Origin: Pseudomonadota bacterium
Lineage (GTDB): Bacteria; Campylobacterota; Campylobacteria; Campylobacterales; Sulfurimonadaceae
DNA: 64,000 nucleotides
NCBI GenBank assembly: GCA_043797085.1
Contig: JAZDQA010000013.1
Location: 96,001-160,000, forward strand
Direction of reading: 5' to 3'
The notes under the pieces are model-generated. The model was not told the DNA's origin. It ran no database searches and was given only the letters and a program-made list of their open reading frames with translations. The position numbers were made by a program, and so were the translations under genes. Shown piece after piece: positions 1 to 9,383 of the stretch. The stretch's first letter is position 1; every line of letters begins with the position of its first letter.

Positions 1-1653
1 GTGTTTCGCTATTTCATTGCGTGACACATCCACAACTGCTTCTACTGTTTCACCAACCATTATCGTCTCTTTGACCTCAACATGCGAAAGATTTAATCCA
101 TGGAATTTTTTCGTTTGAGTGACAACGGCTTTATCTGCGAGCATCCCATTATCACCGCATTGTCCGCCGCTTTCTGCATAAAAAGGAGTTTGTTCGAGAA
201 GAACCCACCCTTTTTGATGTGCATGGAGCTGCTCAACCCGCTCGAAATTTTCACCCAATAAAGCTTGGATTTTTACTGGTGCCTTGGTGTAAGCATATCC
301 GATGAACGTATTGACACCGAACGTCTCCAAAAGCGTTTTAAAATCACCCTCGACTGCCGTATCTCCCGAACCTTTCCATGCCGCTTTCGCACGAACACGC
401 TGCTCTTTCATAAGAGTTTCAAACGTATCAGTATCGAGTGCGAGATTTTTCTCTTTGAGCATATCTTCGGTCAAATCCAGAGGGAATCCAAACGTATCAT
501 AAAGTTTAAACGCCACTTCACCGCTAAACGTCTCTTTGGTATTTTTGAGCTCTTCATTAAACAGCTCGATACCCGATGCAATGGTTTTGAAAAAACGCTC
601 TTCTTCGAGCATGATTTGCTCTTTTAAGACCGAGAGTTTTTCCACGATATACGGATACTGTTTCCCCATAAGTTCCGCTACGGTGTCCGCAATCTCAAAC
701 ATAAACGGCTTGGTAAATCCAAGGAGATACCCGTGACGTACCGCTCGACGCAAAATACGGCGAAGAACATATCCGCGCCCCTCATTCGAGAAATTTGTCC
801 CTTGCGCAAGAAGAAAGGTGACAGTGCGGATATGATCGGCGATAACACGGTACGATGCACCGCTGGCATAATCATACGGCTTACCGATCAGAGCTTCAAC
901 TTTACGAATAATCGGCATAAATAAGGTTGAGTCATAGTTGCTTCGAACCCCCTCAAGGACTGCAACTGCACGTTCCAACCCCATCCCGGTATCAATAGAA
1001 GGTTTTGGCAACGGCTTTAACTCTCCCTTAGCATTGCGCTCGTACTGCATAAATACAAGATTCCAGATTTCCAAGAAACGATCCCCATCGCCTCCCATAT
1101 AATCCTCTGATCCATTAAAATACTCAGCTCCCTGATCGACGAAAATCTCCGAACACGGACCGCAAGGACCCGTATCGCCCATCTGCCAAAAATTGTCTTT
1201 ATCACCAAGACGCATAATACGATCAGCAGAAATATGCTTCTTCCACATCTCTTCCGCTTCATCGTCAGACTCATGAACCGTTACCCAGAGTTTATCCACA
1301 GGAAGTTTCATCACTTGCGTAATAAATTCCCACGCATGGGCAATTGCCTCTTCTTTAAAATAATCCCCGAAACTAAAGTTCCCAAGCATCTCGAAAAATG
1401 TATGGTGACGCGCGGTATGACCAACGTTTTCCAAGTCATTGTGCTTACCGCCTGCACGCAGACACGTTTGTGAACTGGTCGCTCTAGGATTAGAGGGAGC
1501 AGGAATATCGCCCGTAAAAATAGACTTAAACGGAACCATCCCAGCATTGGTAAACAACAACGTTGCATCATCAGGAACAAGAGGCGAACTCGCCACACGG
1601 GTATGGTTTTTTGATTCAAAAAAGGCTAAAAAAGCTTCGCGTACGTCCATCAT
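1..1653 (-). CDS. alaS: Alanine--tRNA ligase (5' part; runs off the window)
   Basis: Manual minus-strand translation from 1653: [43 protein letters not shown] (AlaRS N-terminal signature). Absent from the ORF track because it is truncated. Confidence 0.95.
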   Translation of the reverse strand, partial: MMDVREAFLAFFESKNHTRVASSPLVPDDATLLFTNAGMVPFKSIFTGDIPAPSNPRATSSQTCLRAGGKHNDLENVGHTARHHTFFEMLGNFSFGDYFKEEAIAHAWEFITQVMKLPVDKLWVTVHESDDEAEEMWKKHISADRIMRLGDKDNFWQMGDTGPCGPCSEIFVDQGAEYFNGSEDYMGGDGDRFLEIWNLVFMQYERNAKGELKPLPKPSIDTGMGLERAVAVLEGVRSNYDSTLFMPIIRKVEALIGKPYDYASGASYRVIADHIRTVTFLLAQGTNFSNEGRGYVLRRILRRAVRHGYLLGFTKPFMFEIADTVAELMGKQYPYIVEKLSVLKEQIMLEEERFFKTIASGIELFNEELKNTKETFSGEVAFKLYDTFGFPLDLTEDMLKEKNLALDTDTFETLMKEQRVRAKAAWKGSGDTAVEGDFKTLLETFGVNTFIGYAYTKAPVKIQALLGENFERVEQLHAHQKGWVLLEQTPFYAESGGQCGDNGMLADKAVVTQTKKFHGLNLSHVEVKETIMVGETVEAVVDVSRNEIAKH

Positions 1654-1746
1654 GGGTTACTCTCATTTGGGTAAAATTGTCGCGATTATAGCGAAGATGA
1701 GTTTAAAGAAAGTAATTAGGTTTAAAAGAGAGGATTTCGGCTTCGT

Positions 1747-1820
1747 CGTCACTCCAGTGAAGACGGGTGTCTAGCTGGATTCCCGCCTTAGTGAGTGAAG
1801 TGCTATCGAGTGAATGATGA
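1747..1820. repeat. Degenerate REP/RPE-like palindromic element
   Basis: GTCACTCCAGTGAAGACGGGTGTCTAG-CTGGATTCCCGCC...GAATGATG resembles the GTCA..GGGAATCC / GGATTCCCG..GAATGAC class of intergenic repeats. Confidence 0.5.
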
Positions 1821-1860
1821 AAAAGAGCATTCGCTAAAAAGCAAACGTAAAAATAAAAAC

Positions 1861-3528
1861 TTACGAAAAGGCTCTATTAAGTGCACTAAACATCGCCTTA
1901 ATCGACGCAACAGTAATATCATTATCGCACCCGACACCAAAAAAATTCTGCCCATTTTCACTCTGAATCTCGATATACGCAACCGCTTCCGCACTGGAAA
2001 GTTCACCGCGTGAATGCTCGCTGTAGGAAAGAATTTTAAAATCATGTGAATACTCGACCATCAGAGCATTTTTGCATGCATCGATCGGACCGTTTCCTTG
2101 ACCTTCTGATCGGATCGTTTTGCCGTTATGCGTATATTCGAGAACACATTTAGCCGAATGCTCTTTTGCACTCTCTGAAATCACCGAATAATCCACAAAC
2201 TCAATGTCATGCGGTTCGCCAAAATAGGTCTTCTCAAAAATAGCTAAAATCTCTTCGCTTGAGAGCTCTCGCCCTGCTTTGTCTGTCACATCTTGAACGA
2301 TTTTTCCTATCTCAGGGTGCATTTTCTTCGGCAGCGAATAGCCGAATTTATCTTCGAGGACGTAGGCTACGCCACCCTTACCTGATTGAGAGTTGATACG
2401 GATAATCCCCTCGTAATTTCGTCCGACATCCGCAGGATCGATGGGCAAATAGGGAACTTCCCAAAACGCATCGTCTTTGCCCCGCTGATATTCCATCCCT
2501 TTTTTAATCGCATCTTGATGTGATCCGGAAAACGCGGTATAAACCAACTCTCCGACATATGGGTGACGCTCATGGGTTTTCATGTCGGTACACTCTTCAA
2601 CGATACGAACGACTGTTTCTAAATCGCTGAAATCCAACTGCGGATCGACCCCTTGGGTAAACATATTGAGCGCCAACGTGATGATATCGACGTTTCCGGT
2701 GCGCTCACCGTTGGAGAGCAACGTCCCCTCAACACGATCTGCTCCTGCAAGTAATGCGAGTTCCGTCGCCGCAACCGATGTTCCACGGTCATTGTGCGTA
2801 TGGGTTGAGATCAAGACGTGCTCACGATTGTCGAGATGACGGCTCATCCACTCGATCTGATCGGCATAGACGTTGGGCGTTGCCATTTCTACGGTTGCAG
2901 GCAAATTGATAATCACTTTACGTGTTGCACTGATACCCCAAGCGTCTGTCACCGCATTACAGATACGGGCAGCATACTCCAACTCCGTCCCCGTAAAACT
3001 CTCCGGTGAATACTCTAAGCTAATTTCGCCATCATGCTTAAGAGCGCGCGCTTTCACCATATCGACACCCTCTAACGCCAAAGCAATAATCTCGTCCTGC
3101 TCTTTTCCAAAGACGATTTTACGCTGTGCCGTAGAGGTAGAATTATAAAGGTGTACAATCGCTTTTTTAACGCCCGCTAATGCTTCAAATGTTTTGTCAA
3201 TCAAGTGTTCACGAGCCTGCACAAGAACTTGAACCGTTACATCATCAGGAATCAAATTTTGCTCGACAAGGGTTCGCAAAAAGTCAAATTCGACCTTAGA
3301 AGCAGAAGGAAATCCCACCTCAATATTCTTAAATCCAAGTTTTAGCAAGAGCGAGAAGAGAGAGAGTTTTTGATCCAAATTCATCGGAGTAATCAACGCT
3401 TGGTTTCCGTCGCGAAGATCGACACTGCACCAAATGGGAGCGTGCGTGATGGTTTTGGTCGGCCAAATACGATTTGGCAAATCAACTTGAGGATAAGGGC
3501 GATATTTGCCCGTGGACATGTTTTTCAT
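1861..3528 (-). CDS. leuA: 2-isopropylmalate synthase (yeast/actinobacterial-type LeuA)
   Basis: PIWCSVDLRDGNQAL, HTHNDRG and GNGPIDA motifs; 555 aa. Confidence 0.95.
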   Translation of the reverse strand: MKNMSTGKYRPYPQVDLPNRIWPTKTITHAPIWCSVDLRDGNQALITPMNLDQKLSLFSLLLKLGFKNIEVGFPSASKVEFDFLRTLVEQNLIPDDVTVQVLVQAREHLIDKTFEALAGVKKAIVHLYNSTSTAQRKIVFGKEQDEIIALALEGVDMVKARALKHDGEISLEYSPESFTGTELEYAARICNAVTDAWGISATRKVIINLPATVEMATPNVYADQIEWMSRHLDNREHVLISTHTHNDRGTSVAATELALLAGADRVEGTLLSNGERTGNVDIITLALNMFTQGVDPQLDFSDLETVVRIVEECTDMKTHERHPYVGELVYTAFSGSHQDAIKKGMEYQRGKDDAFWEVPYLPIDPADVGRNYEGIIRINSQSGKGGVAYVLEDKFGYSLPKKMHPEIGKIVQDVTDKAGRELSSEEILAIFEKTYFGEPHDIEFVDYSVISESAKEHSAKCVLEYTHNGKTIRSEGQGNGPIDACKNALMVEYSHDFKILSYSEHSRGELSSAEAVAYIEIQSENGQNFFGVGCDNDITVASIKAMFSALNRAFS

Positions 3529-3634
3529 GTGGTAACTCCTAAAAATTTCTCTTCTCTATTGCTCTTGCTGGTGCAATAAGTGACGTGATTATAGCAAAAA
3601 GGGCTTTTGTTGTTATATGTAAGCAAGCAAAATT

Positions 3635-3651
3635 AGGTACAATACTTGCTT
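3635..3651 (+). promoter_or_regulatory. Putative sigma54 (-24/-12) promoter of the pilus assembly operon
   Basis: AGGTACAATACTTGCTT: GG at 3636-37 and GC at 3648-49 with exactly 10 nt between; lies upstream of the AAGGAG RBS and GTG start at 3678. A TACAAT -10-like hexamer overlaps it. Confidence 0.6.
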
Positions 3652-3677
3652 TTATTAATTAAATTTAAAGGAGTCAC

Positions 3678-5060
3678 GTGAATTCAATCACGATTGTTCA
3701 CATTCACGATGATTTCACTTCCATTACTGAAGCAAAAAAGACGAGAAAAGGGACTGTTTTTTCTTCTAAAATACAGTTCACCGAACCCTATGAAATCGCC
3801 AATTACTTAAAAACTAAAAAGAAAATATACCTTTTTTTCTCCACTGACAACATTCTCGAAGAGTCCATTCTTCTTCCCTCGGTTATCAAAAACGAAGCTA
3901 CCATACAAAGTGCCCTCCTCGCCAAAATTCATGACAATAACATAACTTCTGAAACGCTTATCTTAAATAAACTTTATACTACGCTCGATCCAACGGGGGA
4001 AAGCGCCATCCATCGTTACGAAGGACTCTATGAAAAAGAAATTCTCTCGACTATCGCTCCCGTCCCTAAGCATGAATACCTTCGCCGTATCAGTGTAGAA
4101 CGTTATGCTCTTTTCGCTTTAGCACAACACGCGTTTAGAGGACGAAGTTATCTTTGTGTCTATACGGAAGAAACAAGAAACCTCATTGTAGCCGTAGACA
4201 ATGGCACACTTTTATTTAGTCGTATCGGTTTTATTCAATCCGAAGATGAAACCGAACGGATTATGGAACAAATCAGCGACATCAATCGCACCGTCACGTA
4301 TGCGCATCAACAATACCGTGAAGCTAAGTTTGAGTTTATTGCTATTTGCGGAAATATCGCCGATGGTGAGATCGTCCCGATGCAATTAAACGCCTCAACA
4401 GGTCTTGGCGTCACCGTACTGGCACCGACCCTTATCGTCGATGGATTGGAACCCAATCTGGCACAAAACAGTATTTTGGAAATCGGTATGCTGTTTTTAG
4501 ATGACAATATGAATTTTCTCCCTAACAGTGTCAAAGCAGCTCGAGAGTTTTACCTAGGGAGTGCGATTGCGATTGCATTTGCATTTGCATTTATGCTGTT
4601 TGGATTATTTCAAAGCCATGATGCCTACACTTCCTACCAAGCTTCTCTGGACGAATACGACACCGTAGAATCCAGACTCTACCAAACCCTTCGAAACACC
4701 GATACCCTTGATGACAAACAACTCCAAGAGATCATAGCTCAACTCAAAAGTTCTACCCCCCTGCATCATCACCTTCTCGACGATCTGATCCTTTTTGATA
4801 ATGTTTTAAAACTTATCAAGCCCCAAGCCGTGAGTTTTACCGAGGGAGGAGAGCTGACATTGGATTTTAAACATCAATACAAAACACTTATGGAGCTTTA
4901 TCTCTTTGAAAAAAACTTTCGATATGAGGCAGGGAGGATCAAAGATACACAAGTTATCGCTACCTATAAAACTGACTACAATACCCTAACTTTTGAAGCT
5001 ACACTAAAAAGAGGCGGAATACAGCCCGTATCTCCTCCACCAAGAAGGAGGAGACAATGA
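3678..5060 (+). CDS. Pilus assembly protein, probable PilM-PilN/GspL-like fusion
   Basis: 460 aa: large soluble N-domain, one TM segment (~aa 292-310), then a helical periplasmic part; first gene of the T4P cluster. Function inferred from architecture and position. Confidence 0.5.
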   Translation: MNSITIVHIHDDFTSITEAKKTRKGTVFSSKIQFTEPYEIANYLKTKKKIYLFFSTDNILEESILLPSVIKNEATIQSALLAKIHDNNITSETLILNKLYTTLDPTGESAIHRYEGLYEKEILSTIAPVPKHEYLRRISVERYALFALAQHAFRGRSYLCVYTEETRNLIVAVDNGTLLFSRIGFIQSEDETERIMEQISDINRTVTYAHQQYREAKFEFIAICGNIADGEIVPMQLNASTGLGVTVLAPTLIVDGLEPNLAQNSILEIGMLFLDDNMNFLPNSVKAAREFYLGSAIAIAFAFAFMLFGLFQSHDAYTSYQASLDEYDTVESRLYQTLRNTDTLDDKQLQEIIAQLKSSTPLHHHLLDDLILFDNVLKLIKPQAVSFTEGGELTLDFKHQYKTLMELYLFEKNFRYEAGRIKDTQVIATYKTDYNTLTFEATLKRGGIQPVSPPPRRRRQ

Positions 5061-5548
5061 TACTCAAATGGCTTCTCACATTTATCCTCCTTGTTTTTGG
5101 TATATTATTGCTTTCTTCCGTCACATGGTTTGATGGCAAACGCTCTTTGACAGAACAATTCACCCAAGGATATCGTGATAATATCATCGAACTCCAAAAC
5201 ATCAAATACACAAATCAGTGGATTCGTGATGTCGTCATTCCCAATTTTTCAACAATGCCCCTTTCCAAAGCCAATGCTGAGCTGGATATGATCAATTTTT
5301 ACGATCGCTATACGCATACCTATAATTTTAAAGTCTCTCAATTTATCTATTACGACACCTCCGCTAAAATGGATATCGGTTTTTCATTTATCCCTAAAAA
5401 TCAAGATGCCATTGATCGATTCCTAGCTCTTCATTACGAAAAAGGATTTTTACAAATCCAAAATATTTCTTCAAAAGAGGGAACAATCAGTGGTGTATTA
5501 ACCATTATCCAACCGATGCAAGGAGACATAAATGCATCTGGACAATAA
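5057..5548 (+). CDS. Hypothetical bitopic protein, PilO/GspM-like by position
   Basis: N-terminal TM helix; ATGA overlap with the upstream gene. Confidence 0.5.
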   Translation: MILKWLLTFILLVFGILLLSSVTWFDGKRSLTEQFTQGYRDNIIELQNIKYTNQWIRDVVIPNFSTMPLSKANAELDMINFYDRYTHTYNFKVSQFIYYDTSAKMDIGFSFIPKNQDAIDRFLALHYEKGFLQIQNISSKEGTISGVLTIIQPMQGDINASGQ

Positions 5549-6086
5549 ATCACTTCTCATTCTCTCTTCACCCTTAATACTTGCAGCAGGAATATGGTTT
5601 TTTGCGGCAGATACACTCGTTGAAGGGTTGGACTACTTTTTTGAACCCGTACAACAACAAAAAACTTCCAGCTTAGATGAAAAAAGAGAAGCGTACAGTT
5701 TTATTACAGGAAATAAAGAAGAATATGTATCCCTTTTAAAAAAAATCGATTTACGCAATAAAAACCGATTTTGGATCAGCGAACGCCTTTATCAACCATA
5801 TTCACCTCAATCAACCGCTTCTGATACCCAAAGTCAGGGAAATTTAGGACTAAAGGCACCTCCCCCGCTCCTTCAATTTGGCGAGGGAAATATCACCGCT
5901 CCCACATCAACAACACCATCATGGAGTGTTCAGATGGTACTGCCAGATCAAAACATAGCCGTTATCAACAACCAAATCTACCACGTTGGTCAAAGCAGCA
6001 ATGGGGTAAAATTGCTCGAAGTTGAATCCTCAAAAATACACATCCAAACCGCAAAGGGCTCTCAATGGGTAAAACTATTTCATTAA
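5532..6086 (+). CDS. Hypothetical protein, MshK/PilP/GspC-like
   Basis: N-terminal TM, Pro/Ser/Thr linker, C-terminal beta domain (AVINNQIYHVGQ); directly upstream of the secretin. Confidence 0.5.
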   Translation: MHLDNKSLLILSSPLILAAGIWFFAADTLVEGLDYFFEPVQQQKTSSLDEKREAYSFITGNKEEYVSLLKKIDLRNKNRFWISERLYQPYSPQSTASDTQSQGNLGLKAPPPLLQFGEGNITAPTSTTPSWSVQMVLPDQNIAVINNQIYHVGQSSNGVKLLEVESSKIHIQTAKGSQWVKLFH

Positions 6087-7570
6087 TCGCATCATTATTT
6101 TTAGCGCTGATCTTCACAGGATGCTACACAGCCTCCCCTGCGACTCATCCAAAGTTACTGAGTGAGCAAACTCGTAATGCAACCGCATCAGGAGAAATAA
6201 AAAAATTTAACGACCAAAATAAAAATACTCCTCCTCCACCGATGGTCTTGCCAAATGTCTATCAAGATATCTCTCCCTTTAGCGGAAAGACCATCTCTCT
6301 CTCCGCTGAAAATGCCAACCTGCGCCAAGTACTGTATCTGATTTCCCAAAGCACCGGATTAAATCTCATCATCGACAGCGATGTTGATGCCAATACCACC
6401 ATTACTTTAACACTGGACAAAGCCTCGACCGAAGATGCTCTCGATACCGTCATGGATCTCTCGGGATGTTCCTATACACTTAAGGGCAATATGCTCTATA
6501 TCAAACAATATACACAACGTACTTTTTCTATTCCCTATATTCACACCCAAAGCTCTTTTGATTCGACACTCGGCGGAGATATACTAGGAACAGCAGGAAG
6601 TGCCTCTACTGCAATCAGCGGTAAATTTGCTCTCAACTATAAAAATCCTGCCGAAGCCAATGATTTTTACAAACAGCTTGAAGCCAATATAAAAGAATCG
6701 ATTAGCCCAAATGGTAAATTTACCCTCAATAAATTTACTGGAATCCTCGTCGTTACTGATAAAAAATCGGTTCTTGACAGCATCGATGATATGCTCAAAA
6801 AAATCAAAAAAAGTGCCTCACGCCAAGTACTCATCGAGGCAAAAATTCTTGAAGTAGTCCTCAATGATACCCATCAACTGGGAGTCGACTGGGCTACACT
6901 GCCTGGAGCTATTGGAGATTTTTCATTTGGACAAGCATTAGGACTGGAAAACTTCAAAAAAGGTGGAGTACTCGCTTACAGTGACAAACATCTCAATGCC
7001 ATTGTTACCGCTCTCGATACCGCAGGAGACATCCAAACCCTCTCTAATCCTCGTATCAAGGTTTCCAGTGGTCAATCAGCACTCATCACCTCCGGAAAAC
7101 TCGTCCCTTTTTGGGATTTAGAAGTAACTCCTGGTACTTCTATTGGTACTATTTATACTCCGGCAATCTATGAATATACCCGCCGCGATGTTCTCGATGG
7201 TCTTTCGTTAGGAGTCACTCCAAAAATCACTGAAGAGGGGCAAATCATCCTCAATATCATCCCTGTCACCTCCAGTATCGAAGGGGAAAAAACCCTCGAA
7301 GGCTTCACGAGTACCGGTGGCACAACTACGACAGGAACGGTTGCCACCGCACCGATTATCAACATCAAAGAAGCCGGAACCATCATCTATGCCCGTGACA
7401 ATGATCTTGTCCTCATTGGAGGACTTATCAACAACGTCAAAAAAGATGAACGTTCAAGCATCCCTTTACTCGGTGAAATCCCCTACTTAGGTGCTCTCTT
7501 TTCTCAAACAAACAAAAAAGATGAAAAACGCGAACTCGTTATTTTGCTTAAACTCAATTTGGTCGAATAA
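6065..7570 (+). CDS. mshL: Outer-membrane secretin, MshL/GspD type (lipoprotein)
   Basis: Lipobox LIFTGC; QVLIEAKILEV, LSNPRI, LIGGLI, IPLLGEIPYLGALF and RELVILL secretin motifs. Confidence 0.85.
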   Translation: MGKTISLIASLFLALIFTGCYTASPATHPKLLSEQTRNATASGEIKKFNDQNKNTPPPPMVLPNVYQDISPFSGKTISLSAENANLRQVLYLISQSTGLNLIIDSDVDANTTITLTLDKASTEDALDTVMDLSGCSYTLKGNMLYIKQYTQRTFSIPYIHTQSSFDSTLGGDILGTAGSASTAISGKFALNYKNPAEANDFYKQLEANIKESISPNGKFTLNKFTGILVVTDKKSVLDSIDDMLKKIKKSASRQVLIEAKILEVVLNDTHQLGVDWATLPGAIGDFSFGQALGLENFKKGGVLAYSDKHLNAIVTALDTAGDIQTLSNPRIKVSSGQSALITSGKLVPFWDLEVTPGTSIGTIYTPAIYEYTRRDVLDGLSLGVTPKITEEGQIILNIIPVTSSIEGEKTLEGFTSTGGTTTTGTVATAPIINIKEAGTIIYARDNDLVLIGGLINNVKKDERSSIPLLGEIPYLGALFSQTNKKDEKRELVILLKLNLVE

Positions 7571-8574
7571 TGAGAAGAATCACTCTCTTATCTCTTTTCC
7601 TAATAGCGTCACTGGGGGCTGACGAGCTCTCGTTTGGAGCAACACCAACAAGGGTCAAAGCTTCCACACCGCTGCAATCACTTCAAATTCACTCCTCAAA
7701 ATCATTCGAATCGGCAGTACACTCTCTCAAAAACATTCCCGAATATCATAAACAATACACCGGTATCTATCAAAGCGGAGATTACTACGCCACACGCTAT
7801 CAAAACAAAGCGTATCCTAAAATTCCGGCATGGATTATCAATGATTTTAAAAAAGCAAAATTCAACGACGCGCTTCTCCTCTATCCCGATCCTGCTAATA
7901 TGCCTATCAAAAATACAATTTTTAGCCAAAAGCCTCCTTCATCCCAACTACCGACACGCATATCATCGACCGGCATAAAGCCTCCATCGCTTCAAACTTC
8001 CACACCTCCCCTCAACCGGCACGACCAAACACGACTCATCATAGATGCCTCAAAAGCTCATCAACAACACGATTACACCCAAGCCACTATCTATTATGAA
8101 ATGATGGTAGCCTCCGGTATGAAAGATCGCCAAATCCTCATAAATCTAGCCTATCTCTACGGTCGTGAGGGTTCTTCCAGCCTGCTCGAAAAAAAAATCG
8201 AAGGAAAACGAGGGATAAATGATTATCTCTATGCGTATGGCGTAGGAGCACTCGAAGCCGGACGAAGTGATTTGTACAATACCCTCTCTGCGCATTTGAT
8301 CTACGACAAAAGCGGTAAACTTGCCATGCTCTGCGGTTACTTTTTCGAAAAAGAAAATGACCCAAAACGTGCATACGCTTTTTATAAAATGGCATACGAT
8401 ACCGCACCCAATGATCCCCATATCCTCTATGCCTACGCCCGAAATGCCGATATGCTAGGAGACAAAGAAAAAGCACTCTATCTCTATACTCAGCTCTCGC
8501 AGCTGGGTTCTAATTTCGAGCCCTTGCGAATCGCATCGCAATCACGTATCCAAATCCTAAGGAGCATCCAATGA
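7570..8574 (+). CDS. Secreted TPR-repeat protein (MshN-like by position)
   Basis: Signal peptide, Pro/Ser linker, TPR-like helices (AYAFYKMAYDTAPND, KALYLY). Confidence 0.6.
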   Translation: MRRITLLSLFLIASLGADELSFGATPTRVKASTPLQSLQIHSSKSFESAVHSLKNIPEYHKQYTGIYQSGDYYATRYQNKAYPKIPAWIINDFKKAKFNDALLLYPDPANMPIKNTIFSQKPPSSQLPTRISSTGIKPPSLQTSTPPLNRHDQTRLIIDASKAHQQHDYTQATIYYEMMVASGMKDRQILINLAYLYGREGSSSLLEKKIEGKRGINDYLYAYGVGALEAGRSDLYNTLSAHLIYDKSGKLAMLCGYFFEKENDPKRAYAFYKMAYDTAPNDPHILYAYARNADMLGDKEKALYLYTQLSQLGSNFEPLRIASQSRIQILRSIQ

Positions 8575-9371
8575 AAAAAGGGTTTACACTTGTAGAGTTA
8601 TCCATTGTTATGGTTATTATTGGGCTTCTCATAGGGGGAAGCATGCAAGGATTACGAATGATGAGAGACCGTGCAAAAGTTCTTGAAACCAAACAGCAGC
8701 TTGATGCACTCAAAGAGGCAATTTACGGATATGCTTTAAACACCAATACTCTCCCAGCAACACTTGCAGACTTAAATTCCACTGCCCTTGAGCGAGATTC
8801 TTGGGGAAATACTATATTATATCGACCGGATGCAGCACTTCTCACCGACCCTTGCCGTCCAGCTTCTACTCTCTCCACCACATCAGGTGATTTTATTCAA
8901 ACCGATATTGCCTTCATCCTCGTTAGTCGTGGTAAAGATTACAGCATTGCCCATACTACCTTAGGATTAGATACCCCCTTATTTAATCAGAGAGATCACG
9001 ATAGCGATCCTGCAACATCTGAGTATGACGATCATTTTTTATCGATTACTCGCGCACAACTTCAAAGCAATATAAATTGCCAACAAAATGAATTACAAAT
9101 CCTAAATTCACGATTGCCAATAGCGACACAAGGGGTATCCTATTCAGGAACAATTGCTTCAAGCGGTGGTAATGGAACGTACGCATACACCTACAATGGA
9201 GCTGCTACAACCACGATTAATGGCGTTACTTTTACAAATATTGCAGGAAATGGTACCTATAATGGCTCTCCAATTATTGCCACATCATCTGTAATAGATA
9301 TAGTCGTCACTAGTGCAGGACAAACTCGAACACGTAGCTTTATTTTAACCGTTGATTCCAATGGTAGCTAA
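8571..9371 (+). CDS. Type IV prepilin-like protein with C-terminal Ig-like domain
   Basis: MKKG/FTLVELSIVMVIIGLL class III signal, DSWGN motif, C-terminal LPIATQGVSYSGTIASSGGNGTY...FILTV. Confidence 0.85.
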   Translation: MKKGFTLVELSIVMVIIGLLIGGSMQGLRMMRDRAKVLETKQQLDALKEAIYGYALNTNTLPATLADLNSTALERDSWGNTILYRPDAALLTDPCRPASTLSTTSGDFIQTDIAFILVSRGKDYSIAHTTLGLDTPLFNQRDHDSDPATSEYDDHFLSITRAQLQSNINCQQNELQILNSRLPIATQGVSYSGTIASSGGNGTYAYTYNGAATTTINGVTFTNIAGNGTYNGSPIIATSSVIDIVVTSAGQTRTRSFILTVDSNGS

Positions 9372-9383
9372 AAAGGAAAATCT

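Noticed and set aside
265..1774. Plus-strand ORFs over alaS, and the many short ORFs antisense to rpoBC, fusA, tuf, hom and others
   Set aside because: Shadow frames of well-conserved genes, with no RBS or motif support.
3550..3579. Leu-rich run (SLLLLLVQ) upstream of leuA as an attenuator leader peptide
   Set aside because: It is on the strand opposite leuA. The sense-strand UTR is ~50 nt with one small hairpin and no leader ORF.
4561..4595. (GATTGC)2(ATTTGC)n hexamer repeats as a contingency locus
   Set aside because: Short, imperfect and in frame; it encodes the AIAIAFAFAF transmembrane helix.
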